Under the pieces are notes generated by a model. That model ran no database searches. It was not told the origin of the DNA and saw only the letters and a program-made list of their open reading frames with translations. DNA of 61,983 nt, counting the filler, from Globobulimina sp. (Eukaryota): assembly GCA_003354225.1 (NCBI GenBank). It is 24 parts of 24 records of this genome, joined end to end, with 100 filler letters (N's around TTAATTAATTAA, not from the genome) between each part and the next. Parts side by side here need not be neighbours in the genome. Positions count along the whole stretch, not along the records: positions 23,289 to 25,775 come from PIVH01006387.1; positions 25,876 to 28,362 come from PIVH01006388.1; positions 28,463 to 30,949 come from PIVH01006389.1; positions 31,050 to 33,536 come from PIVH01006390.1; positions 33,637 to 36,123 come from PIVH01006391.1; 19 more parts are not named here. One strand, given 5' to 3'. Shown piece after piece: positions 24,240 through 34,711 of the stretch. How positions within the stretch are numbered: the stretch's first letter is position 1; each line of letters begins with the position of its first letter. The position numbers were made by a program, and so were the translations under genes.

Positions 24240-25049
24240 TCAATAAACAGCACCATATTTCCATGAAAGATAATCTCTATATTTTTTATATTGTTCTTCA
24301 GTTAAATTCAACCAAATGTGCGCTAGATTCTGTTCCTCCATTTCAAAATGCTCCAATGTCTTTGTTTGATATTCTTTAATTAATTTTTCAAATTCAACCA
24401 ACTCTCCACATTCTCTTAATGTTTCTGTCATATTTGCTTCAGTGGCATGATCCGCACATAATTCATTTAATACACTCTGTTTTAATATGGATTTATCCAA
24501 ATTTTCCTTCATGAATTTAAATAACATATTTTCCTCGAAATCAACGTGTCCAGTTATTTTTTTATTTAATTTTAGTAATAATTTCTTTGCAGTCTCTAAA
24601 TCCGTTGATGCTGTTTTAACAATTTCCGCAATTGAAATCCTATATTTTTCGTGCACAAAGAACCAGTTTTTTATTCTATTTTGGAATGGATGTAATTTCC
24701 AATTTTTTCGCCAATAATTTTTAGATGAAATCAACATTAAAGCTTCAATTTTACCTTTTTTATCTGCTTGTTTATCAAAATCAGGATTGACACCAAAACG
24801 AACAAATAATTTTGCTAAATCTTCATCAGATAATGCATTAAGATAACCATTCAAATATGGCCCCAAATCATTATTGTCATCATTAGCTTTTTTTTCATCA
24901 TCATTATCTTTGCTATCTTGATTCTCAGACTCTGGTAAGTCAATATTCAATCGAACCAAAATATCTTTTGCATTGCTAATTGCGCATTGTTGCGCTGATT
25001 TGGACAGTTCGCTCCAATTAATTGTTGCGCTAACCACTTGATTACCCAT
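24240..25049 (-). CDS. N-myristoylated hemerythrin (HHE) domain protein
   Basis: ATG at 25049 gives MGNQVVS. Metal-ligand pattern H(EKYR)...HVDFEENMLF...LCADH...HFEMEEQ. Confidence 0.75.
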   Translation of the reverse strand: MGNQVVSATINWSELSKSAQQCAISNAKDILVRLNIDLPESENQDSKDNDDEKKANDDNNDLGPYLNGYLNALSDEDLAKLFVRFGVNPDFDKQADKKGKIEALMLISSKNYWRKNWKLHPFQNRIKNWFFVHEKYRISIAEIVKTASTDLETAKKLLLKLNKKITGHVDFEENMLFKFMKENLDKSILKQSVLNELCADHATEANMTETLRECGELVEFEKLIKEYQTKTLEHFEMEEQNLAHIWLNLTEEQYKKYRDYLSWKYGAVY

Positions 25050-25362
25050 TATTTCCAATAATTCAGATAATGTTTTGAGTCAAAAACTATTTACATAATA
25101 TTATGTTAATCCGATTATCGCAATACAATCTGGAAATGTTTGATCCTTGCACTTATAGCAAAACGGTTCATGTGATATTAAATTTATGTTGCAAACATTT
25201 GTTGAAATCTAATAATTTGCGCAGAAACATCAACATTGTCCTTAGAACATATCGACATGACCATATGGTATATTTTATACTTTACAGCAATGTTTTTAAA
25301 TGCAATTCCTTGATCAACATCGTTGACCCAATACGGTATACTATAAATGTTTAAAGAAAAAT

Positions 25363-25775
25363 ACATGTAATTACATGTAATTTTCATCTAATTTTCATCT
25401 AATTTTCATGTAATTTTCATGTAATTTTCATGTAATTTTCATGTAATTTTCATCTAATTACGTGTAAATCCATTAAATAATTTGATAATAACTATACTTT
25501 TTTCATTTTCATTGCCATTTCCATTGTCACGAAAAAATTTTTTCATGAATCCATTTTTTTTCATTTTCATTGCCATTTCCATTGTCACGAAAATTTAATG
25601 AAATTACGTGTAATTACGTGTAAATCCATGAAATAATTTGAAAATAACTATATTTTTTTTCATTTTCATTACCATTTCCATTGTCACGAAAATTTAATGA
25701 AATTTTCACCTAATTACGTGTAAATCCATGAAATAATTTGATAATAACTATATTTTTTTTCATTTTCATTACCAT
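25363..25775. repeat. 11-bp microsatellite (taattttcat[g/c]) followed by ~100-bp degenerate tandem units
   Basis: About 7 copies of taattttcatN, then repeats of taattacgtgtaaatccat...tttcattttcatt(g/a)ccatttccattgtcacgaaaa running into the contig end. Confidence 0.9.
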
Positions 25776-27090
25776 NNNNNNNNNNNNNNNNNNNNNNNNN
25801 NNNNNNNNNNNNNNNNNNNTTAATTAATTAANNNNNNNNNNNNNNNNNNNNNNNNNNNNNNNNNNNNNNNNNNNNACTTATGTTCAACAAATACATAATA
25901 TAATATTGGATTTCTAGATTTTTTATCATTATGAACGCCTTGTTACTATGTTCAAATATGAATCCCAAAATATGCGGTTTTTCACAACTGTGTATTCCGC
26001 TGCAGATAGAAACGTTTCTCAAGGTTTTGAGCAGTTTTTTCTGTCAATCAGCAACGCATTTGTTACCATATAACGTTTTTGTCACCCAGCAATTCATTTC
26101 TGTACAGACGCAAAGTTCTAAAAGTCTTGGAATTCCTAAAAACGACAATGATTATGAAAAGAAAAGTAGTATATATTAGAATACAGTATACAGGTCACTT
26201 TTTTTTTGGTTGGGAAGGCGAGGCACTGGCGTCGCCTCGGTTCATTCTGGATCACCATCAATCACCGACAATTTCACCAACAATTACCTCGGTTCATTAT
26301 TTATCCTATACTATCTAACTCGGTTCATCGCCATCACCATTCGTGCTCAAACCATATTCCCACAAGTCAAAATCAGAAAGAAAGTGTGGGTATATATAGT
26401 AGTATCATAATTGTATATGGAATAAGAGAAACCATTGAAAACATTTAATGACCTTCTCCCAATTATGAGGCATCATCTTGATCCAATATCCGCGTCGAGC
26501 TGTGTAAACGATAGTCGCCACAACGGAGCGTCACCATACATAGATAAGATTCGAGTATAATTTGGTGAGAGACTTGTTACCGATTAATGACCCGACTGAT
26601 CCATAGTAGTTGTATGAAGGAGGTATACCGGATGCCACCTAAGTATAGCAACATTGCGAGTAAGTCATAGTGATGTATGAGGAGGTATACCGGATGCCAC
26701 CAAAAGCAACACGCGACGACAATAATTAACACTTATTTCGTTTTGTACCAATCTGTTTTTGTACCAATCCGTTTTGTAATCCGTTAATAGTTAACTTCAA
26801 AACTTTTCTGATATTTTTACTTCAAAAAAAAACCGTCTAACCAACTTACTTCAGTACTGACCAGGCTCGAGGGACTTCATTTTTTTTGCACATCAAATAG
26901 AATATTTACATCGCCATCAATTCGCCATCAATTCGCATTGCCATCAATCGCCATCAATTCGCCGTCATCACATCGCCATTAATTCGCCATCAATTCACAT
27001 ACTGATTTTATCGTCGCCAAATTTTATTTGATTCGTCAGCAAAAATTCATTAATTCGCCACGCAAATTCGCCACGCAAATTCGCAATACT

Positions 27091-27915
27091 ATGTCAGCAC
27101 GCAATGATAGCCAGGGTTTATGCCGAATTTCGCCAGACGATTATTCCGACGACGATAACAAGGTTGTGGAAATCAGACAATCGCCAATGGGTATATCTCG
27201 TAATGATGGACCATATCCCAGTCAAGGTTTTTATGCACCACGAACCAATTTGCACCAAATACAGAATAACTCCAACAATAACAATTCGAACCAACCACGT
27301 ATCAATAACAATTCAATGGAATGGAGTTCGTCAGCACCATCGGTTATTTCATTAGCATCAACATTGGAATGGATTGATGTCCAAAAACCAAAAGCAATCA
27401 TATCAAAAAAACAACGATCAAAGATGGTTTATGCAATTGATAAAAAAGCGGAATTAAACAATATTTTTAATTATGCTGTTCCCGGAAATAAATTGAGAAT
27501 TAATGCGGATATTTTTGATTTAGAAATTAAAGAATATTTTGGTACGATTGTTTTTAAATTAATATCGATTGAAAAACAACATTTTAGATTCGAATGTCAT
27601 TGGATCGATATGGTATTGTTTCATTATGCGGTGGTGATTGATATCGGAAGACCCGATTGGTTCGATCATTTAAATTATGATTTAATGAATCAGATTGAAA
27701 GTGCAATTGCATCAAAACAAAAAATGCGATGTGGATGTTGCCTTAAACGATTAGTTAGATGGAGCTCGGTAATTGTGACGAATGGTGGTGAATTAATGAT
27801 GCCAGGATTTGGTCATTACAAATGGGCCAACAAATATAATATTATAAATAAAAAATGTTATGATGAAGTAAATGATATTGCGATGATGATTAATGAAATG
27901 AAGAATACGGAATGA
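27091..27915 (+). CDS. Orphan protein with Asn/Ser-rich N-terminus and C-terminal CGCC motif
   Basis: Intronless ORF from ATG 27091 (MSARND), preceded by tcgccatcaat repeats at about 26910-26995. Confidence 0.6.
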   Translation: MSARNDSQGLCRISPDDYSDDDNKVVEIRQSPMGISRNDGPYPSQGFYAPRTNLHQIQNNSNNNNSNQPRINNNSMEWSSSAPSVISLASTLEWIDVQKPKAIISKKQRSKMVYAIDKKAELNNIFNYAVPGNKLRINADIFDLEIKEYFGTIVFKLISIEKQHFRFECHWIDMVLFHYAVVIDIGRPDWFDHLNYDLMNQIESAIASKQKMRCGCCLKRLVRWSSVIVTNGGELMMPGFGHYKWANKYNIINKKCYDEVNDIAMMINEMKNTE

Positions 27916-28165
27916 CTGACTGACTATTTTTTTGGTGACTGACTATTTTTTTTTTTGTATTTTAAATAAATAGTTGACAATTATACATCTCATAATCCGA
28001 GAGTAGGTTTTCGAGAGTAGGGTGTGTTGACGAAAAGCTACTCTCCGATTATGAAAACAATTCAGCTACATCTCATAATCCGTGTTCACCTTTTCGTGTT
28101 CACACCTTGAACAAAATAATGTGAACAATCTCATAATCACAGCTACATCTCAGCTACATTTTTTT

Positions 28166-28362
28166 TGACCCTTCCTCAACTGGAAGGATGATTTTTTCTG
28201 ACCCTTCCTCAACTGGAAGGATGGATTTTTTCTGACCCTTCCTCAACTGGAAGGATAGAATTTTGACTTTTTTATTTTGACGCCTTGCTGACTAGGAAGG
28301 GTACTTTTTTATTTGACGCCTTGCTGACTAGGAAGGATACTTTTTTATCTGACGCCTTGCTG
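28166..28362. repeat. Tandem hairpin repeats of two variant types
   Basis: 3x tgacCCTTCCtcaactGGAAGGat, then 3x tgacgCCTTgctgactaggAAGG (the last is truncated), separated by T-tracts. Confidence 0.9.
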
Positions 28363-29692
28363 NNNNNNNNNNNNNNNNNNNNNNNNNNNNNNNNNNNNNN
28401 NNNNNNTTAATTAATTAANNNNNNNNNNNNNNNNNNNNNNNNNNNNNNNNNNNNNNNNNNNNCTATAGCTTTGACCGTGTTACCGCTTAACGGTACTATA
28501 ATGCTTTCTATAATTTCCGACTATAATTTCCGACTATAATCTTTGACTCCAAACTATGACTCCAATCAATGACTCCTATCTATGACTCCTATCTTTGCCT
28601 CAATATTAGCTGTGTGGGGTCTTAGTGCAGAGTCTTAGAGCAGGGGTCTGAGTGCAGGGTCCCAGTGCAATGTCCTGAGGATAGTATAGGATTTTACTTT
28701 GAATAAACTGGAATTAAATGAATCAGTCTCTATTTGTTTAAGTTTATATTATTTTGACTTGACTTTGAGATATGTTTTCAACCGGATTGCATTTACGTTA
28801 TTGTATACTTATTGGATATAATACGGATTTGCCTGACTTGTTATAATTGATTACACATTGAATTATTTGAGATATTATTGATTTTATTCTATTTTCCTTT
28901 GAATCTAATTAATTAATCTTTAATTATGTGATACACATTCAATTATATATTGATTTAATAACCATATTGAGATAAATTGTAATTACAAAATTGTATTCAA
29001 TTCAATCATTTACAATATTATTGGTCTATAAATTGGATAATTTGTTTTATATTTAATATCCGATTCATTTGCAATAATATTGGATACTTATTATAAATAA
29101 CCATAAACGTTTCCAAATTACAAACTGGTTTGTCTCAAATTACAAACTGGTTTGTCTCCAATTGCGACTATTTTGGATCAATTCTACTGACTCTGACTCG
29201 TTGTTTGACCCATGGTCCGGCCACAAATGGCCGAACCACCCAAAAAGTTTTAATAAGAACAAAATAAAAAACCACCTGTGAGTCTTGAATAAGACGTCGG
29301 TGCCAAGTAACTATTTATCTTGTTTTAATCTTTTAATTTGATTTATTTATTTGTTGAAATTATTGGTTGACAAAAGTCAAACAATCACACACAAACTAAT
29401 TATAGCAGAAACACTTCGTTTTATTTTATTAAGCGATTCCCGGCGGTGAAGGATATTAAGTCTTTGCACAGTGCTGTCATAGCAGTGGATCTCTCCACCA
29501 CTTCGTTCCGCCAGCCCGCAGACTCCCCACCCCACCACCCCTAAAATCTGTATTTACCATTTTAATTTAATACAAACATTAGATTCTGCCCCATTTATTG
29601 TGTGAAATTTCCATTAATTTTGATTTTTACACATTAATTTTATTCAATTAATATCTACGCATTGTCGCATATTAATTTGCATTCAATCAAAT

Positions 29693-30921
29693 ATGACTGA
29701 ATTAAATACAGACAATCAATTAATTGAATCACCAATCCATCAAAATATTAATCAAATTCCATCAAACAACACTCCTAACTCATCCCCAAACATTTCTCAA
29801 TCCCATAATCCCTCCACATCACTCTCCAATATCTCCCTTTTTGATCATAATAAAAATCATAATTCATCCGATAATATAAATATTACCAAAAAGGATCTAA
29901 AAAATTTATGTATTCTCATCCAATCCATTATTGAACCCAAAGGAATTGATACCGGTAAACTATTTAATTTAACCAATGGTTTCTGTTTTGATATGGATGA
30001 TGAGCCCAAATCGGATTTGAATAAATTGAATATATTATATTCAAATCTTGATAACCGTTTACCAGAGAATACCATTATTCCCACCAAATTAACAAATGTT
30101 ATTTTGGAAGCATCAACCAAAAAGCAGTTCAATTTATATATTAAACACCATAATATTGAAGTCCTTTTGCACAAATATAGACAACATGTGCAGGACAATT
30201 ATCTCCCCGATGAATATAAGCCACAAATAACTATCCCCAATTTCCTACTTCAACGTGAGTCAAACAAAAACAACTTCAGAAACGCAAAGAATACGGCAAA
30301 ATTGCGTGGCAACATTATTTGGACTACATTGGGTCACAAAAAGTGATTGCGGATCGTATCAAAGCGGACCTTTCATCTGACTATGACTCTACTTTGCAGT
30401 TAGTCATTGATGAAATGCGTGAAAACGATTCTCTACCTATTGGTTTAGAACCAAATCAAATCAATCTCAATATTAGAACTGAAATTGTATGCTATGAACG
30501 AATTATTAATCGATTTAAAAAGATAGCCAATCAAAAAATTATTAACGATTGTGCTATATATAATAAAAAGATTAATATTATTATGAATAAAAAGAAAAAG
30601 GGAAACCGTAAAAAACGGAGTGATAAAGCTGAGGATGTTGACTATGAGAATACCCATTTATTTATTAAATCAAAAACAAAAACGAAAATTCCTAAAAAGA
30701 AAACTAAATTTGGTTTAATTAATAAATTAAAGAAAGCGGATAAAAATTTAAATATTGTTATTAAGGATAAAAATAAAACTCCGAATAATCCTCGGAGTTA
30801 TTATACAAAAAATAAGAACAAAGGACTTACAGGGTTAACTCCTATAAGACGCAGAATCATATATTCAGATATGATTTATGAAATAAAGGGGATCTCGTCC
30901 GAGATAATGAATTATATATGA
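29693..30921 (+). CDS. Lys/Asn-rich hypothetical protein split by one frame break near 30255 (possible retroelement ORF1-like)
   Basis: Two overlapping ORFs; the second frame is open from 30259. Either a 1-nt deletion or a 35-nt GTGAGT...CAAAG intron (30255-30289) joins them. Confidence 0.5.
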
Positions 30922-31049
30922 CTATAAAAAATAATTCTTGTTTATGCAANNNNNNNNNNNNNNNNNNNNNNNNNNNNNNNNNNNNNNNNNNNNTTAATTA
31001 ATTAANNNNNNNNNNNNNNNNNNNNNNNNNNNNNNNNNNNNNNNNNNNN

Positions 31050-31314
31050 CAATATCATTATCATCGTTATTTGAATTGTTTATGTTTCTATTTCTAGGAT
31101 TCCTCCTTCTATTCCTATTCCTATTCATGTTGCGGTCAGTGTTATTGTTTGTATTTTGAATCGAATTATGGTTTGAGTTTCGGTTTCGGTCTTGATCTCT
31201 GCTGCGACTTCTACTGCGACTTCGACTTCGTGTATTGGTGTTTGATGGTGATTGTCGTCTTACTAATCGGCCTGAGGAGTTTCTTCGCCATTTTGACTCT
31301 CCTGAAGAAGGCAT
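31050..31314 (-). CDS. Arg/Ser- and Asn-rich protein N-terminus, truncated
   Basis: MPSSGESKWRR...RSRSRSRSRSRD; open to the contig edge; divergent from the next gene. Confidence 0.55.
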
Positions 31315-31509
31315 TAATAAAATGCTTTTTTTTAGTAAAGAAAAAACATTTTTATTTTGTAAAAAACGTACAAAAATAGCGGAGAAAGTATCCAAAAATC
31401 ATGCAGCTGTGTATGAATCACATGCAGCTGAATATGAAATTTCAACTTATATTGTAAATTCGAGATCAAATATCACTGACAACTTCAACTGCAAATTAAC
31501 TTTCAAACC

Positions 31510-33536
31510 ATGGCAAAGCAAATTTTGAAAATATCAAACTGGAAGTTAGGATTGATTTTAATGTGTTTAGGAAGCGTTGTATTTTACGTGTCTTTCATGT
31601 CACAAACGCAAAATACTATGATTGCTGAAAATATTCTATCTAATCAATTTCCAAATAGAACTCATCCACTTTTACAAAACGCCAAATTATTAAATAAAAC
31701 CAACGAATTAAAACAATTACTAACCAACGCAACATATAATCTGCAAAAAGAGCAACGTAAAGCCGATGATATGCGAAAAAAAGTTGATCAGCTACAGACA
31801 CACTTAAATCATCAAACAGAGCAACTCCAACAATTAAATGAATTTAAACAGCAATTAAACAATATGACGGATTTAAGAGATCAAATACAACACAAACTAG
31901 CACACAAAACTGAAGAAATCACATTCACCAACAATAAAATGCAAAAATTACAACAAAGAATCAAAGATTTAACAGCAATAACTCCTGCTAAATATAAACG
32001 GTATGATTTTGAATATATGGCCAGTTATGATAACTGGATCAGAGGCATTGGCGATCAATATCTATCCAACCAAATCACCACAAATTGTTTATATCCCTCC
32101 ATAGCTGACAAATTAAGTTTTGCTCAGGTAATTAACACAGATATTTATCATAACGTCATTGAACAATGTACCAATGGCTCGTTTACCAATTTATATCATC
32201 GTACATTAACTGTTGACTGCAGCATAAAATACAAACCAATGATTGCAGAGTTGGATGATATTTATTATTCTCATCCAAAATATTTTCAAAATGAGTTTAA
32301 ACCATTCATTAATACTTCAGCCACTCAGTCCATATTTGTTTATAAATTAAAAAGGAAGACACGAATCGTATGGACCAAATGTGGCGATTCTTATGATATG
32401 AAACTATCTGTGCAACCTTTGTCTGTTGAAAACGAACGCTTTTATAAATATAAAAAAGAGAGAATTGCCACCAAATTCGGGATTGAAAGCGACTCAGAGT
32501 CAGATATATTGCCTCCAAATATTGTGATATTTGTCCTCGATTCAATGGCACGATCTAATTTTATTCGGTCCGCTCCAATGAGCAGTGATTATTTATCGCA
32601 TTTGATGTTGAACCCTGAATCAAAAACTAATGTTTTGGAGTTTTTTAGATATAGTACTGTTGGATATGGTCATTCAGTAAATTTAGCGGCATTGGCGGGC
32701 GGAAGTTGTACTGCACAAAACTGCCAACAAACTGCATTTAGTGATTGTGTTGGATTGAGTCATGCAGTTTTATGATAAATTGGGATATTTTGTACCTGGT
32801 TTTAGCAGATATGATATGAATGCAACAGCTCCCAACTTGTTACATGACAATGAATGCGATTTTTATTTATCAACAAATGTATTTCCAGATAATTGCATAT
32901 CATATCAATTTAATATTGATTATGCACAACAGTTTGTAGTGCAGTCTGTTAACAAAGTATCGGATGTTCCTTATTTTTTGATAGTAGATACAAAGCGGAA
33001 TAATATGGAAACGTCGCAGTATTCATATGTTAACGTTGTTGATAAATATTTGCGGGATTTAATTGAAAATATTGATAAATCTAAAACTATTTTACATATT
33101 ATATCAGCAGATGGTGGTTATAATGAAGCAGGTAATGTGTATGGACAATGGGAGGCAAACAATCCTGTTTCAATCATGTTATTATCACAATATTTATTCG
33201 ATGGAGATATACTTAATATGGAAATCTTGAGACAAAATCACCAGAAACATATCAACCATTATGATATCAATCTATTTTATAAAGAGTTAATGTTGAAATT
33301 TATCAAAAACGAGGAGACTTTGGCAAAATATAAAAGTTTAATATATGGTACATTGCCAAAATTTGATCCCAAAAATGATTTTGTTTTTAGCCAATCAATA
33401 ATTAGTACAGAAATATCTGATGACAGAGCATGTGATCATATTATGGATGGAAGTTGTTTTTGTGATGTTATGCAACCAATGGACATCGCTGCGGCTTTAA
33501 TGCAGGATAATATTGAAAATATACAATTGATTGTCA
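31510..33536 (+). CDS. Type II membrane protein with coiled-coil stem and DUF229-like (alkaline phosphatase/sulfatase superfamily) domain; frame break at 32741-32762
   Basis: N-terminal TM and coiled coil; PPNIVIFVLDSMARSNFIRSAP, YSTVG...NL..L.GG, ILHIISADGG, GQWEANNP, INHYDI. Confidence 0.75.
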
Positions 33537-34067
33537 NNNNNNNNNNNNNNNNNNNNNNNNNNNNNNNNNNNNNNNNNNNNTTAATTAATTAANNNNNNNN
33601 NNNNNNNNNNNNNNNNNNNNNNNNNNNNNNNNNNNNAGTGTTTCGTTTCTTTTTCTTTTTGGATCGATTTGCATGTCAGAATCAGATGTTGTTTTCTTCT
33701 GTTTTCATCGCTCGTATATCTTTTTCCACACAGAACCGAACCGCTTTAAACTCTGTCAGAATTGTTACATATTTTGCATACAAACTGAATTTGTCTTTTT
33801 ATGGTGTTGACTCACATTTTTAGTTAGTTATTATTATTCAATTCCAATGTCATTGGACCACCATTTTAAACAAACTTTAGTGGGGGTGTGTGGTTGGGTG
33901 GCGTGGGTGTTTGGGTGGTACGCGTGGGTGCTTACACTAGACTCACTGTCTTGGCGAGATGCTGGATTACATTCTGATTTATGCTTTCAACTATTTTGAG
34001 GGCAGTCAAAAAAGAGGAAATTTCTGCAACAATCCCGGCTACAACGGAGTACAAAAAAATTTAATGA

Positions 34068-34197
34068 TATTGATTCGGGTAGGATTTAAACCTACATCTA
34101 TGCGAATTGAATGTATAGCATTTGTTTGTAATAATAAGTTATTGCTAACAAACTCTTTCTTCATCGTTAATCTCTAAACCGCTGAGATCAATCAATA
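34068..34197 (-). other. Degenerate tRNA-like sequence (pseudo-tRNA or SINE head)
   Basis: Minus strand shows a D-arm TCTC-AGCGGTTTA-GAGA, a T-arm GTAGG-TTTAAAT-CCTAC and terminal pairing TATTGATT/AATCAATA. The anticodon region is long and irregular. Confidence 0.35.
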
Positions 34198-34515
34198 TTG
34201 ATCCAACGAACTTGGTTAGTAACCACCATATAAATGAAGGCGAGCCTCCAGGATACGACCGGAGTCGCAGACGCATTCTCTATCATTGAGATACCGAACC
34301 ATTTGTTTTTGTTCTTGTTTAATCTCCATAATCAAAACATATATTTAATACATTCAAGTATTGCAACATTTGATTAATGGGACAAAGAGTTATTCGATAA
34401 CCATCACAGTCACTTCAGCATAATCTATAGCAAAACACGGAACCTCTTGGAATCTGTACACATGGCTAGCATACAGAAAATTGGGTAACCACTACTTTAC
34501 CAACATTCCCTTATC

Positions 34516-34708
34516 ATGGCGCAACAGCAGGAGTTGAATGCTGTTATATATCTCAAATTTAGTGAAAATTAATGAAAAAGGTTGGAATATGAAATTATTC
34601 ATCGATACAGATAAAATCAAATTATTTTTATGTTGTAATTGTGGTCATATTGCATGTGATGCAGTTGAATTATCGTGTAACCACAATGATGATGATAAAA
34701 TATTTTGA
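34516..34708 (+). pseudogene. Truncated RING-finger (TRAF-type N-terminus) gene fragment
   Basis: KGWNMKLF...FLCCNCGHIACDAVELSCNH...KIF then TGA where the next Cys is expected; apparent frameshift near 34550. Confidence 0.5.
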
Positions 34709-34711
34709 ATT

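Noticed and set aside
23289-25049. Prokaryote-style operon or bacterial contig
   Set aside because: The pepN gene has a spliceosomal intron and a targeting leader, and COX19 is eukaryote-specific; this is simply compact gene spacing.
25363-25775. Possible telomeric repeat
   Set aside because: The 11-bp AT-rich unit is degenerate, lacks a G-rich strand and grades into longer satellite units.
28166-28362. CRISPR-like palindromic repeats
   Set aside because: The intervening sequences are short, near-identical T-tracts rather than unique spacers; no cas genes; eukaryotic context.
29270-29305. Hammerhead ribozyme candidate (ctgtga-gtctt gaat aagac-gtc)
   Set aside because: It lacks the CUGANGA and GAAA core and has no stem III.
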